Shown here in pieces: positions 28,239-38,901 of a DNA stretch of 64,000 nt. Every line of letters begins with the position of its first letter. Within the stretch, counting starts at the first letter, position 1. The stretch comes from Chitinophagaceae bacterium (GTDB taxonomy: Bacteria; Bacteroidota; Bacteroidia; Chitinophagales; Chitinophagaceae), in contig JALHNJ010000004.1 of the NCBI GenBank assembly GCA_022843585.1, positions 101,869 to 165,868 of the forward strand. Reading direction: 5' to 3'. Below the pieces are notes generated by a model. It saw only the letters and a list, made by a program, of their open reading frames with translations, was not told the DNA's origin and made no database searches. The position numbers and the translations under genes were made by a program.

Positions 28239-30329
28239 ATGGCTTTTAGCAGCATCCATCTTTGGAAGAAAATTCCATTTATAAAACTATTACTGGCAAT
28301 GATTTCCGGAATTGTTTTACAATGGCACGGACAGTTAAATGCTGCTACATGGTGGGTTATTTTAGCGGTAACACTGCTAATTATCATCCTATTTTTTTTG
28401 CTTCCCTTCTTTAAGCAATACCGATATGCATATCTGAATGGCTTTTTCATTAGCATAATCGGCTTTTCGTTGGGAGCTTTGTTAGCTGCTGACAGAGATA
28501 TAAGGAATGAAAGGCAATGGCTCGGGAATTTCTATCAACCTAAAGATGGTATTATTGTTACATTGGATGAGCCACCAGTAGAAAAAACAAAATCCATAAA
28601 AGCAAATGCAAGCGTCAGTTACTTAATACAAAATGGCGCAGCCAAAGCTGTAACAGGAAAGATTATCCTGTATTTTAAAAAAGACTCTTTACTGAAACTA
28701 GATTACGGCTCGCAGGTTCTATTAAAGAAGCCATTGCAGGAAATAAAAAACTCCGGAAATCCAGGAGGCTTTGATTATAAACGCTATTGCCTTTTTCAAC
28801 AAATAACCCACCAGGTATATTTAAAGCCAGGGGAATTTGAAATATTGGAAGGCAAGAAACAAACCGCCTTCAAAAATTTTATTTATGCGACAAGGGACTG
28901 GGTACTGAATATTCTTCGCACCAATATTAAAGGTGAGAGAGAATTAGGGTTAGCCGAAGCATTATTGATCGGTTATAAAGATGACCTGGAGCAATCGTTG
29001 GTACAATCTTATACTAATACCGGCGTAGTTCATATTATTGCTATATCTGGCTTGCATCTTGGTTTAATTTATTGGTTGCTTTCCATTTTATGCAAACCTC
29101 TAAAGAAAAATAAAAATACAAGATGGTTAAGTCCGGTTATTATAATTACCGGGTTATGGCTGTTTAGTTTACTAGCCGGAGCACAGCCTTCCATTCTTCG
29201 ATCTGCTGTTATGTTTACCTGCATAGTATTGGGTGAATCCCTGTCAAGAAGATCTTCTATTTACAACACAATGGCGGTTTCAGCATCTATTCTGCTTTGT
29301 ATCAATCCGTATTGGCTATGGGATGTTGGCTTTCAATTATCATATGCAGCTGTTCTAAGCATCATCATATTTATGCGCCCAATTTACAATTGGTTCTATA
29401 TAAAAAACAAGGCATTGGATTTTATCTGGAAGCTAAATGCCGTTACATTGGCTGCACAGATATTGACCGTACCATTAAGCATTTATCATTTTCACCAATT
29501 CCCTAACTTATTCTTTATAACCAATTTTGTTGCAGTTCCATTGTCAAGTATTATTCTGCTGGGTGAAATTTTTCTTTGTGTAATATTCTTTATTCCTGCA
29601 CTAGCAACACTGGTTGGCAAAGTACTTGAATGGCTTATCTGGCTCATGAACAGTTACATTGAAAGAATAGAAGTAATAAAATTTTCTTTATGGGATGGAT
29701 TGCAGATAAATATTATTCAGGCGGTCTTGCTAGTTCTTTTTGCAGCAGGTATCAGTCGCTGGTTAATGGACAAATCAACTGCCGGATTAAAGCTGGGGCT
29801 AGTATCGTTACTTGGTTTTATTGGTATGCGGTCCTATTCGTTTATAAAAAGCAACCAGCAACAAAAAGTGGTGGTATATAATGTGCCACAAAAAACAGCT
29901 ATTGATTTTATAAATGGCAGAGACTACAAGTTTGTTGGCGATTCAACATTGCTGGCTGATGATTTTGCCCGCAATTTCCACCTGAAGCCTGCACGGATAC
30001 TTTTCAGGATAAAAGAAACGACTATGCTGAGTAATCTGCGAACTACCGATAATTATTTTGACTATAACGGAAAACGCATTCTATTACTTGATTCAACCAT
30101 GGCATTTACTACGCAAGAAATAAAACCCACAATTGACCTTCTTGTAATTTCAAAGAATCCCAAAATCTATATGAAAAAACTAGCTGCTTCAGTATATATA
30201 AAGCAGGTGGTGTTGGATGGTTCTGTTCCCACCTGGAAAGCGAATTACTGGAAAAAAGATTGTGATTCATTGAAAATTCCCTGGCATGATGTAACAACGA
30301 AAGGGGCTTTTGTGATGGAGATTGAATAA
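28239..30329 (+). CDS. comEC: ComEC/Rec2 family membrane protein
   Basis: N-terminal DUF4131-like TM and OB region, and the competence-domain motif (TGVVHIIAISGLHLG) inside a long polytopic core. I see no HxHxDH metallo-beta-lactamase motif in the C-terminal ~180 aa. Confidence 0.85.
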   Translation: MAFSSIHLWKKIPFIKLLLAMISGIVLQWHGQLNAATWWVILAVTLLIIILFFLLPFFKQYRYAYLNGFFISIIGFSLGALLAADRDIRNERQWLGNFYQPKDGIIVTLDEPPVEKTKSIKANASVSYLIQNGAAKAVTGKIILYFKKDSLLKLDYGSQVLLKKPLQEIKNSGNPGGFDYKRYCLFQQITHQVYLKPGEFEILEGKKQTAFKNFIYATRDWVLNILRTNIKGERELGLAEALLIGYKDDLEQSLVQSYTNTGVVHIIAISGLHLGLIYWLLSILCKPLKKNKNTRWLSPVIIITGLWLFSLLAGAQPSILRSAVMFTCIVLGESLSRRSSIYNTMAVSASILLCINPYWLWDVGFQLSYAAVLSIIIFMRPIYNWFYIKNKALDFIWKLNAVTLAAQILTVPLSIYHFHQFPNLFFITNFVAVPLSSIILLGEIFLCVIFFIPALATLVGKVLEWLIWLMNSYIERIEVIKFSLWDGLQINIIQAVLLVLFAAGISRWLMDKSTAGLKLGLVSLLGFIGMRSYSFIKSNQQQKVVVYNVPQKTAIDFINGRDYKFVGDSTLLADDFARNFHLKPARILFRIKETTMLSNLRTTDNYFDYNGKRILLLDSTMAFTTQEIKPTIDLLVISKNPKIYMKKLAASVYIKQVVLDGSVPTWKANYWKKDCDSLKIPWHDVTTKGAFVMEIE

Positions 30330-30354
30330 TGTTTCCACTCTCGAAAAAGCCTCT

Positions 30355-30385
30355 TTTGCAAAGAAACTGCAGACACTTACCTTTG
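30355..30385 (+). promoter_or_regulatory. Candidate Bacteroidota sigma-A promoter of purH (-33 TTTG, 19-nt spacer, -7 TAccTTTG)
   Basis: TTTG at 30355-30358 and TACCTTTG at 30378-30385 are separated by exactly 19 nt. The motif ends 41 nt before the purH ATG at 30427. Confidence 0.5.
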
Positions 30386-30426
30386 CGACTTCCCAACGAT
30401 TTGCCTGCCCTCAACACCACATTTTT

Positions 30427-31938
30427 ATGAACAAAAAGATTCAATCGGCACTTATTTCTGTTTTTTATAAAGACGGACTTGAAAACATTGTACAATTATT
30501 ATCGCAGCAAGGTGTAACCATCTATAGCACCGGCGGTACCCAAACTTTTATTGAAAGTTTGGGTATAAAAGTAATTCCAGTAGAAGATCTCACCACTTAT
30601 CCATCAATATTGGGTGGAAGAGTGAAGACTCTCCATCCTTCTGTATTTGGCGGTATCCTCGGCAAACGGGATGATGCACAGCATGTGCAGGAAATGAAGC
30701 AATACAATATCCCGGAAATTGATCTGGTAATTGTAGACCTCTATCCGTTTGAAGAAACTGTAGCTTCTACAAACGACGAAAAAGCAATTATTGAAAAAAT
30801 AGATATCGGCGGACCTTCTATGATAAGAGGTGCTGCTAAAAATTTTAAAGATGTAGTGGTAATTGCTGCTAAAAAAGATTATGCTGCTCTGGAACTATTG
30901 CTGAAAGACCAACAAGGTGAGACAGCCTTAGAACAACGAAAATCTTTTGCTGCGAAAGCCTTTGAAGTAGTAGCGCATTATGATGTGGCAATTGCAAAAT
31001 ATTTCAATTCCTCTGAGTCATTATTCTTTTTGGAATCAATCACCAATCCAAAAGCAATGCGCTATGGTGAAAATCCTCACCAGTCAGGTGTTTTCTATGG
31101 GGATTTGAATAAACTCTTTAACCAATTAAACGGCAAAGAGCTTTCCTACAATAATTTGGTAGATGTAGATGCTGCAATGCAGTTAATAAAAGAATTTAGC
31201 CACACCACTTTTGCTATCATTAAACACACCAACGTTTGTGGTGTTGCACAAAGACCAACAGTAAAAGAAAGTTGGGATGCAGCATTAGCAGGTGATAATG
31301 AAAGTGCTTTTGGTGGTGTACTAGTTTGCAACGGCACTATTGATAAAGCTACTGCGGATGCCATCAATGAAATATTTTTTGAAGTATTAATAGCTCCTGC
31401 TTTTGACGAAGATGCTTTGACAATTCTAAAATCGAAGAAGAATAGAATTCTATTACAACTATTAGCACAACCAGAAAATAAAGAGCAATACAAATCTGTA
31501 TTGAACGGTGTTATAGTGCAAGGGAATGACGAAGGAAATTTTGCTGGATGGAAAGAAACGGGAGCAAGAGAAACCACCCAGGCGGAAAAAGATGATTTAA
31601 CGTTTGCCAATATTGTTTGCAAACATTTAAAATCGAATGCCATTGCATTGGTAAAAAACAAACAACTGGTTGGAAAAGGATGCGGACAAACAAGTCGTAT
31701 TGATTCTCTACGGCAGGCAGTAGAAAAAGCAAAGCAGTTCAAGTTCGTTTTAACAGGTGCTGTAATGGCCAGTGATGCATTCTTTCCATTTAATGATTGT
31801 GTGCAGCTGGGACATGAGGCAGGAATTACTGCTTTTATTCAACCGGGCGGTTCTATAAGAGATAATGATTCCATTGAATATTGTAAAGCGAATAACCTGG
31901 CAATGGTGATAACAGGGTTGCGGCATTTTAAACACTAA
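30427..31938 (+). CDS. purH: Bifunctional AICAR formyltransferase / IMP cyclohydrolase
   Basis: ALISVFYKDGL, STGGT, KTLHP and the C-terminal AICARFT region ending GLRHFKH. The start is moved to the ATG at 30427; the track start at 30322 is a TTG overlapping the comEC 3' end. Confidence 0.97.
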   Translation: MNKKIQSALISVFYKDGLENIVQLLSQQGVTIYSTGGTQTFIESLGIKVIPVEDLTTYPSILGGRVKTLHPSVFGGILGKRDDAQHVQEMKQYNIPEIDLVIVDLYPFEETVASTNDEKAIIEKIDIGGPSMIRGAAKNFKDVVVIAAKKDYAALELLLKDQQGETALEQRKSFAAKAFEVVAHYDVAIAKYFNSSESLFFLESITNPKAMRYGENPHQSGVFYGDLNKLFNQLNGKELSYNNLVDVDAAMQLIKEFSHTTFAIIKHTNVCGVAQRPTVKESWDAALAGDNESAFGGVLVCNGTIDKATADAINEIFFEVLIAPAFDEDALTILKSKKNRILLQLLAQPENKEQYKSVLNGVIVQGNDEGNFAGWKETGARETTQAEKDDLTFANIVCKHLKSNAIALVKNKQLVGKGCGQTSRIDSLRQAVEKAKQFKFVLTGAVMASDAFFPFNDCVQLGHEAGITAFIQPGGSIRDNDSIEYCKANNLAMVITGLRHFKH

Positions 31939-31954
31939 CTGTAAAACTATATAG

Positions 31955-31980
31955 TCTCCCTTTGGGGTGATTTAGAGGGC
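31955..31980. repeat. Intergenic motif, copy D
   Basis: The sequence is TCTCCCTTTGGGGtgatttagagggc, immediately 5' of the ATG at 31981. It shares TCTCCCTTT.GGG with copy C. Confidence 0.45.
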
Positions 31981-32997
31981 ATGAACATTTTCGACTTCCA
32001 TAAAACCATTATAACCACTTCGGCGGACTATTTAAAAAAGTTGTCCGTATTCAATCCGCTTACCATCAATAAAAAAGGTGCGAGATCAAAAGCATTATTT
32101 GCGTTAGCATTGGTTTGTGTTTTATGGGGTACAACCTGGATCGCTTCCAAAGAAGGTGTAAAACATATTCCCGATGCGTTACAGATGGCAGCAATCAGAC
32201 AATTAATTGGCGGTACCTGTTATGTCGCTTTCTTTCTATATAAAAAGGCCACATTGCCAAAAGGAAAAGAATGGATACCCATTATAGTTTTAAGTTTTCT
32301 GAATTTTATTATGAGCAATGGCCTTAGCACTCTGGCTTTGCAATATGATATTTCTGCAGGACTTGGTGCTATCATCGGAGCAATTTTTCCGCTATGGATT
32401 GTAGTGATAGGCCTTTTTATATCAAAAGAAAAAATGCCAACCAAAGCGATCATTGGCTTGCTGCTTGGGTTTGGCGGGGTGTGTGTTATCTTTTACGATC
32501 ACCTCAACGATTTTCTAAATCCGAAATTTCAAATTGGAATTGTATTATCAGTTGTAGCTACCTGGACATGGGCTTTTGCAACATTGTACACAAAAAAACA
32601 AGCCCTAAATTTTAATCCTTACTTCAGTCTTGGTTTGCAAATGATAATTAGCGGATTTGCGTTGTATGGATTTTCCTCCGCTACAGGAAGAGCTATTCCT
32701 TTAGCAGCAATTCCATGGCAATCATGGGCTGCCATTGCTTATCTCGTAATTTTCGGCTCACTCATTGCATTCATCTGTTACTTGTATGCGTTGCAAAATT
32801 TACCGACTGAACAAGTTTCCATTTATGCTTATGTAAATCCTATGGTAGCTGTGCTTTGCGGTTGGTTGATCTTCAATGAAAAAATAACCATCTATATTAC
32901 CATTGGTGGTTTGGTAACATTGCTGGGAATATATTTAGTGAACAAAGCATTTAAAGCAGTACCACCACCGGAGCAACCTGAAGCGGAAGGAATGTAA
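31981..32997 (+). CDS. EamA/DMT family transporter
   Basis: Ten predicted TM helices in two EamA-like halves. The ~35-aa N-terminal soluble extension makes the exact start uncertain. Confidence 0.8.
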   Translation: MNIFDFHKTIITTSADYLKKLSVFNPLTINKKGARSKALFALALVCVLWGTTWIASKEGVKHIPDALQMAAIRQLIGGTCYVAFFLYKKATLPKGKEWIPIIVLSFLNFIMSNGLSTLALQYDISAGLGAIIGAIFPLWIVVIGLFISKEKMPTKAIIGLLLGFGGVCVIFYDHLNDFLNPKFQIGIVLSVVATWTWAFATLYTKKQALNFNPYFSLGLQMIISGFALYGFSSATGRAIPLAAIPWQSWAAIAYLVIFGSLIAFICYLYALQNLPTEQVSIYAYVNPMVAVLCGWLIFNEKITIYITIGGLVTLLGIYLVNKAFKAVPPPEQPEAEGM

Positions 32998-32998
32998 C

Positions 32999-34300
32999 TT
33001 ACTTAACAATTTCTTTTACAAACTGCCTGTACATATCCCTCCATCCTTTAAATTTTTCATCTGTTCCCAAGAATGTATTATGCCAGATAGTAATTAGTGC
33101 CCCATCGACAGCTTTCGTTACTTTATAATAATGGCGCATTTCTTCTAATGCCTGTGCCGGAGTAAATTTCTGTTCGTAAAACGAATTAGCTTCCATGTAG
33201 CAGAAAGGATATAACAGCAAATTGGTGGATTCTTCTTTCTCCAGATCATACCAATAAAAAGGTGAAGCAACAGAAGCCCGAAAACCGTTAATACTTCCAT
33301 AACCCATAGAGAAATCTTCTTTGATCCCTGCATCAATCAACTGGCGAAAAGTTTGCGGCAACGTAAATCGTATATAATGCTGGCGAGATGAAGTAATTTT
33401 TTGTGTTGTGATATATTCCATCCGTTCCTTTTCTTCCTTTACTAATTTAGGCTCATCACCACTTTGCCAGGAAGGATGAACTCCGATGGCATACTTTTCA
33501 GCATGCTGTTTTATTATAGTTTGTACGGCAATTTCAGAAGGCAAAATATTTCTATCATATTTGCCGGTAGATTTCGGGACCAGGAAAAAATATCGTGGTT
33601 TTAATTGATGAGGCCGGTGCAGATCATCTACCCAGCTATAAGAATCAAATGGATCGGGAATTTTATTATTTAACACTTGTCTTAGCAATCTAAATCGTTC
33701 AAATTTTCCTTTCAACAAATCCTTTATTGCTGCCCCTGCACTTCGCCACCACTCTTTGTGCTTATAAGAATAGGCTTCGTCGATATCATACGTTGGCAAA
33801 AATTCGAAGTTCGGAGTTCTTGGTTTGAAGTTGGGAAACTTTTCTTGCAAACTTTCAATAAAGTCTCTAAGCCAGCTATTAATTATTGGAAGATTTAAAA
33901 ATCCTTCTCTAAATGCCAATGAGTTTTCATGCGCATAGCGACCATATATATCTTTCTCATGCGGCAAGTATTCTTCATACCGGCTTAGTAAATAAAAAGA
34001 AGCAGCAAAAATATCAAAAGAAAAATCACCTTCCGCTTTAAAGAAAGCTTTATAGCCGTTTACTTCAAAGCAGTCAATCTGCTGTGGATGGATATTTTTT
34101 TCAAAAAGAAGGGGAGCAGCTTTTATCCAAAATTCATCAAGAGCAAGAGGAGAATTGCTATAATTAATTTTAGCGCCGCCGTAGTTAATAAACTCTTCTG
34201 TATTATTAGTTAAGTCAAATGCTTTACCAACAATTTCATGACCGATAAAATCAGCGATATACTTTAAACGAGGCGTTGTTGTATTTGAAAAAAAGATCAC
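32999..34300 (-). CDS. Polysaccharide-deacetylase-like protein (tentative)
   Basis: A 433-aa cytoplasmic-looking protein. The N-terminus (TTPRLKYIADFI) and overall layout resemble Bacteroidota proteins annotated as the polysaccharide deacetylase family. This is recalled from memory, not verified. Confidence 0.45.
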   Translation of the reverse strand: MIFFSNTTTPRLKYIADFIGHEIVGKAFDLTNNTEEFINYGGAKINYSNSPLALDEFWIKAAPLLFEKNIHPQQIDCFEVNGYKAFFKAEGDFSFDIFAASFYLLSRYEEYLPHEKDIYGRYAHENSLAFREGFLNLPIINSWLRDFIESLQEKFPNFKPRTPNFEFLPTYDIDEAYSYKHKEWWRSAGAAIKDLLKGKFERFRLLRQVLNNKIPDPFDSYSWVDDLHRPHQLKPRYFFLVPKSTGKYDRNILPSEIAVQTIIKQHAEKYAIGVHPSWQSGDEPKLVKEEKERMEYITTQKITSSRQHYIRFTLPQTFRQLIDAGIKEDFSMGYGSINGFRASVASPFYWYDLEKEESTNLLLYPFCYMEANSFYEQKFTPAQALEEMRHYYKVTKAVDGALITIWHNTFLGTDEKFKGWRDMYRQFVKEIVK

Positions 34301-34313
34301 TAACTAAAGATAA

Positions 34314-35693
34314 CTATCTGTTACTGTTTTTCTCTTTCCACAATTCATTGAATGATTTTTTGGGGAACTCCATTTTGCCACGGTGCTCCTGCCAGCCTTT
34401 TACCATACTGTTGACCACCCAGTTCTTAATAGTACCGTTGGCCATGTTCATCCATTTGCGACGCAGCATTCCCTGCTTCCACATTTTCCACGCCATTTTT
34501 TCACTAAATGAAGCATGGCCTTCTTCCACCGCTTCATGCCTGTTTTCCAGCAGTAGTTCGTGGAGATTTATTTTCACTGCACACACTTCTGTACAGTTGC
34601 CGCATAGCGAAGAAGCATAACTCAGGTGCTTCCACTCACCCATATCTTTTAAGTGTGGGGTAATAACAGAACCTATTGGTCCGCTGTAAGTAGCAGCATA
34701 TGTATGTCCGCCAATATTTTTATAAACCGGGCAAGCATTTAAGCAAGCACCGCAGCGAATACAATACAAACTCTCTCTTTGTTTTTCATTCGCCAAGATA
34801 TTGGTACGTCCATTATCCAGCAATATCACATACATGTCTTCCGGTCCATCAATCTCGTTGTCCTGCTTTGGACCTGTAATTATTGTATTATAAACCGTAA
34901 TTCGTTGTCCTGTGCCAAATGTGGAGAGCAGCGGCCAGAACAAAGCCAAATCCGTCATCGAAGGAATTACTTTTTCTATTCCTGCAATTACAATATGTGT
35001 TTTTGGCATAGAGCAACTTAGTCTCGCATTTCCTTCATTTTCTGTAACCGCTATTCCACCAATATCTGAGATAATAAAATTGGCACCTGTCACTCCCACT
35101 TCTGCTTGTATATATTTCTCCCGTAAAATATCTCTGGCTACTAATGTCAATTGCTCTGGTGTTGCCTTTGGATCTGTTCCCAGCTTTTCTGCAAACAGTT
35201 TGGCTACATCTTCCTTGCTTTTATGCATGGCGGGTGTAACTATATGGTAAGGCGGTTCGCCATCCAATTGCTGTATATATTCTCCCAGGTCTGTTTCTAC
35301 ACTTTCAATTCCGTTCTTTTCCAAAAAATCATTCAGGTGAATTTCTTCCGTAACCATACTCTTGCTCTTCACCAATGTTTTGCAATTTTTTTCATCGCAA
35401 ATTTTCTTAATGGCATCTAAAGCCTGTTGCGCATCTTCTGCCCAAATAACTTTAGCTCCTCTTTTGGTAATGGCTGCTTCAAATGTTTCTAATTGTACAT
35501 CCAGTGATTCAATAGCTTTCCATTTTATATTCTTAGCTCTTTCTCTAGCCAGGTTAATATCAAAAAACTGTTGCTTCCCCTGCGGCACAACAGCATTGTA
35601 CTTACCAATATTAAAATTGATTTTTCGACGATGTTCTTTATCTGCAGCTTTGATAGTACTCTTCGCTATAAAGTTTGTAACTGTTTCTTTCAC
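34314..35693 (-). CDS. lutB: LutB/YkgF-like iron-sulfur protein (LUD domain plus two 4Fe-4S motifs)
   Basis: CIRCGACLNACPVY and CGNCTEVCAVK ferredoxin-type clusters sit C-terminal to a LUD-like domain. 459 aa. Confidence 0.85.
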   Translation of the reverse strand: MKETVTNFIAKSTIKAADKEHRRKINFNIGKYNAVVPQGKQQFFDINLARERAKNIKWKAIESLDVQLETFEAAITKRGAKVIWAEDAQQALDAIKKICDEKNCKTLVKSKSMVTEEIHLNDFLEKNGIESVETDLGEYIQQLDGEPPYHIVTPAMHKSKEDVAKLFAEKLGTDPKATPEQLTLVARDILREKYIQAEVGVTGANFIISDIGGIAVTENEGNARLSCSMPKTHIVIAGIEKVIPSMTDLALFWPLLSTFGTGQRITVYNTIITGPKQDNEIDGPEDMYVILLDNGRTNILANEKQRESLYCIRCGACLNACPVYKNIGGHTYAATYSGPIGSVITPHLKDMGEWKHLSYASSLCGNCTEVCAVKINLHELLLENRHEAVEEGHASFSEKMAWKMWKQGMLRRKWMNMANGTIKNWVVNSMVKGWQEHRGKMEFPKKSFNELWKEKNSNR

Positions 35694-35706
35694 TTTTACT
35701 TATTGA

Positions 35707-36342
35707 TCATTCTTTAAAATCCTTTATCTCTTCCCACTCCCCTTTTGCAATTGTATCTAAGGCGTTATAAAACTCTTCTCCGTACTTTCTTATTATGGGT
35801 TCTTTCAAAAATTGATAAACGGGAACTTTCAGTTTTTCACCTAATGCACAAGCTGGGCTGCACATTTGTTCTCTAGGCTCATAGTTCACTCTCTCATAAT
35901 CGCCATGTTTCCCTTTTTTTGCAATGATGGGATACAGGTGACAGCTAATCGGTTTTTTCCATGGAATTATTCCATCGTTATACGCTTGTTCAAAAGCACA
36001 TTTAATAATTCCATTATCTCCACGAATTCCATACACACAAATCTCTTTATCATTATCTAAGGTTGGCGTTACCCATTCAAATTCTTTGTCATACACATAA
36101 AAGCCTTTCCGTTCTATTTCGGCAATCGAGTCCCGGGTGAGATAGGGCTTTACTTTTTCGTATAAACCTGAAATGAGGTTTAGTTCTTCTTTATCCAGCG
36201 GTGCACCGGCTGCTCCATCTTCACAACAACCTCCCTTACACTTTCCAAGGTCGCAAACAAACTGCTTGTCCACCACATCCTCTGTTATCAATATATTATC
36301 AATTACTATCAACTTTTCCTTTTTGCAAAGGTAAGACCTCAA
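35707..36342 (-). CDS. DUF3109 family Cys-rich protein
   Basis: The N-terminal CDLGKCKGGCCEDGAAGAPL motif and further conserved Cys residues fit DUF3109. The predicted start is a TTG directly abutting the upstream stop. Confidence 0.7.
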   Translation of the reverse strand: MRSYLCKKEKLIVIDNILITEDVVDKQFVCDLGKCKGGCCEDGAAGAPLDKEELNLISGLYEKVKPYLTRDSIAEIERKGFYVYDKEFEWVTPTLDNDKEICVYGIRGDNGIIKCAFEQAYNDGIIPWKKPISCHLYPIIAKKGKHGDYERVNYEPREQMCSPACALGEKLKVPVYQFLKEPIIRKYGEEFYNALDTIAKGEWEEIKDFKE

Positions 36343-38130
36343 CTATTCCTGATTGCTTTTTGTTCGCTTTAAAAACCTTGTTTTAAGATGTTGTCCCGCT
36401 TTTGTAAGCCGGTTATGAGAAGTTAGGTATTTTATTACCCGGTGCTCCAGCCAATGATGAAGAGGGAGTAAAATAGCTGCCAGTCCAATCATAAATAAAA
36501 GATCCTTCCACGGTTCTCCCTTTGTAAAGGCATAAATATTCTTCTTAAACAGCAGAAAGATGAATTCAAAAAACATCAGGAATACAAAAAATCCAATAGC
36601 CTTGATAGTAGTTACTGATACTTTAAACATCCCCATCATTACTAATAAAATAAATAGAGCTGCTATCCCAATAGTAATACCGAGGTATTGAATACTATCC
36701 CGTTTTTTCCTTTTTTCTTCTTTTTCTTTTGCTAGTCTTTCCTGCCGCTGTTGCTCATCGGCTGCTTCTACCTGCATCAGGTCTTTTTCTTTTCCCAGTT
36801 TTGCAAGGCTGTCTTTGTATTTGTAGTTTAAGCTGCCATAATAAACAGCCTGTTTATAATCTCCTTTTAGCTGATACAAGGTATCCAGCATTTCTGCTGT
36901 TGTTTTCATTATTTCCAGGCTACCTGTTTTATCGGCTATCACATTTGCTTTTAAAAAATAATTGATAGATTTATCAAGTTCTCCGGTTTTTTTATGCAAT
37001 ATGCCTAGCTGATAATAGTAACTATATTGGTTGCCGGTATTTACATCATTCTCAAAAAATGAGGCCACCTTATCATAATAATATTTTGCTGAGTCATATT
37101 TACCAATCATAGTGTAAATGAACCCATAAGACTGGTTAACAAAATGCCCAAAACCGAGTGTTTCCAAAAAATTTTTTAGCTGTGGGTGCTCATTAAAATA
37201 ATCCAATGCTTTTTGTGGCTGATCAGACGCCATATAATTATTTACGATCCCTCTATATCCGATAGCTTTTATGGGCTCGAAATTTAATGAATCCGCAAGT
37301 GCAAGTGATTTCTCATAATAATGCCGGGACATTTCATAATTCTTTTTAGCAGAATACAAATCACCAATACGGTTTAAATCCTGTACTCTGTTATAGGGGG
37401 TTTGGCCAGTTTTTATTCTCGCTAATACAGCTTGTGCTTTTACCTGGTAATCGATTGATTTATCATAATCTTCAATGCCGCCATAAAAAGAGGATAGATG
37501 AGTATACCCGGAGCGTAATAAAAAAGGGTTATCTAATTCTTCTGCAATCCGAAGTCCGGCCATCATATTTCTAAGTGCAAGCAATTTTTCATTCCGGATT
37601 AAGTACACCATGCCGTACTCTAAGTGAACTTTTGCTGTGAGGCTGTCGTTTTTAATTGTACCTGTATATGAATACGCTTGGTTACAATTACTTAAGGCCT
37701 TGTCGGCATCAAGTGTAAAGCGATGGATTTCTGATAGTAACAGGTAGGCACTTACAGCCAGTATATCCAGCTTGTTTTGTTTTGCCATTTCCAAGCCTGT
37801 GGTATAATATTCAATCGCTTTATCTATGTTGTCTTTTTTGCCGGCGACGTAAGAAAATCTTTCCCCATTTATTAACTGAGCTTTTATCATTAACTCTCTA
37901 TTCCGTGATTCCTCCCCTATCCTGATTAGCTCAAGACCATACTTATCCGCTTCAGCCGGATTAACATTCATTAAAACCTTTGAAAGTTGGCCTGTCAATT
38001 GAAATTTTTCTTCAATGGTAGTAGCTCTGGCAATACTTCGTTTAAAAGAGTCCACAGCAGCAAGCTGTTGTTGGGCCTGCCCGAAAAAATGTATAGCTAG
38101 TAGGATGGCTAGGAAAAGCAGTTTTCGCAT
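36343..38130 (-). CDS. Tetratricopeptide-repeat protein with C-terminal coiled coil and TM helices
   Basis: Signal peptide, ~400 aa of TPR-like repeats (repeated A..YY.K/LG motifs), a charged coiled coil (EQQRQERLAKEKEEKRKKR), then 3-4 TM helices. No kinase or other output domain is present. Confidence 0.7.
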   Translation of the reverse strand: MRKLLFLAILLAIHFFGQAQQQLAAVDSFKRSIARATTIEEKFQLTGQLSKVLMNVNPAEADKYGLELIRIGEESRNRELMIKAQLINGERFSYVAGKKDNIDKAIEYYTTGLEMAKQNKLDILAVSAYLLLSEIHRFTLDADKALSNCNQAYSYTGTIKNDSLTAKVHLEYGMVYLIRNEKLLALRNMMAGLRIAEELDNPFLLRSGYTHLSSFYGGIEDYDKSIDYQVKAQAVLARIKTGQTPYNRVQDLNRIGDLYSAKKNYEMSRHYYEKSLALADSLNFEPIKAIGYRGIVNNYMASDQPQKALDYFNEHPQLKNFLETLGFGHFVNQSYGFIYTMIGKYDSAKYYYDKVASFFENDVNTGNQYSYYYQLGILHKKTGELDKSINYFLKANVIADKTGSLEIMKTTAEMLDTLYQLKGDYKQAVYYGSLNYKYKDSLAKLGKEKDLMQVEAADEQQRQERLAKEKEEKRKKRDSIQYLGITIGIAALFILLVMMGMFKVSVTTIKAIGFFVFLMFFEFIFLLFKKNIYAFTKGEPWKDLLFMIGLAAILLPLHHWLEHRVIKYLTSHNRLTKAGQHLKTRFLKRTKSNQE

Positions 38131-38181
38131 ATCCTAAATTAACTCATTTTCGCTTTAACACAATTCTAACAGCCATTGTTT

Positions 38182-38901
38182 ATGGAGGAAATCAGCCCCT
38201 TGCATCCTACGCTTACAAACCAGTGTATGCGCAATACCAGAATGCTAACGCTTAAACAATCAGCCAAATTTTTTTTTCAGATGCTTTTTTGGGTGCCGGT
38301 CATCGGTTTCAGCTTATTACTTATTTATAATACGCTGCCCTATTTCTCCTTCAGCAAGGAATTTGATTTTATTGTAGAACGAAGTTTCTTATTCCAAAGC
38401 AATTTTTACAATGCCTGTTTCTATATCCATATTGCTGCAGGAGCACTTTGTATTGGAGCAGCCCTTATCCAATTCTCCAGATATATTCTTAAAAAGTCGA
38501 AAGCCATTCACCGTATTTCGGGGAAAATTTATGTGGCCGTAGTGTTGTTTCTTGGCGCACCTACAGGGCTATATATGTCTTTTTTTGCCAAAGGAAGTAT
38601 TTGGGAAAGATCGTTGTTCATGTTTATGGCTGGTTGGTGGTTTGTTACTACGCTATATGGTTTAACCACAATCCATAAAAGGAATATAGTAGCGCATAAA
38701 GTTTGGATGATCCGCAGCTATGCCATGGCAATGACAGCTGTTACATTCCGGGTGTATCATATTATTTTTTACCTGCTTGATTGGGGCCATCTTGAAAATT
38801 ACGAACTGTCGCTCTGGATAAGTGTAATCGGGAATATGTTGTTTGCTGAATGGGTTATTTACAGGCAAAGCCGGAACTATTTAAAATCATTTACAACCTA
38901 A
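38182..38901 (+). CDS. DUF2306-like polytopic membrane protein
   Basis: Six hydrophobic helices with IHRISGKIY and HKVWMIRSYAM motifs, as in DUF2306. The ATG is at 38182; the track start at 38176 is a TTG. Confidence 0.6.
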   Translation: MEEISPLHPTLTNQCMRNTRMLTLKQSAKFFFQMLFWVPVIGFSLLLIYNTLPYFSFSKEFDFIVERSFLFQSNFYNACFYIHIAAGALCIGAALIQFSRYILKKSKAIHRISGKIYVAVVLFLGAPTGLYMSFFAKGSIWERSLFMFMAGWWFVTTLYGLTTIHKRNIVAHKVWMIRSYAMAMTAVTFRVYHIIFYLLDWGHLENYELSLWISVIGNMLFAEWVIYRQSRNYLKSFTT

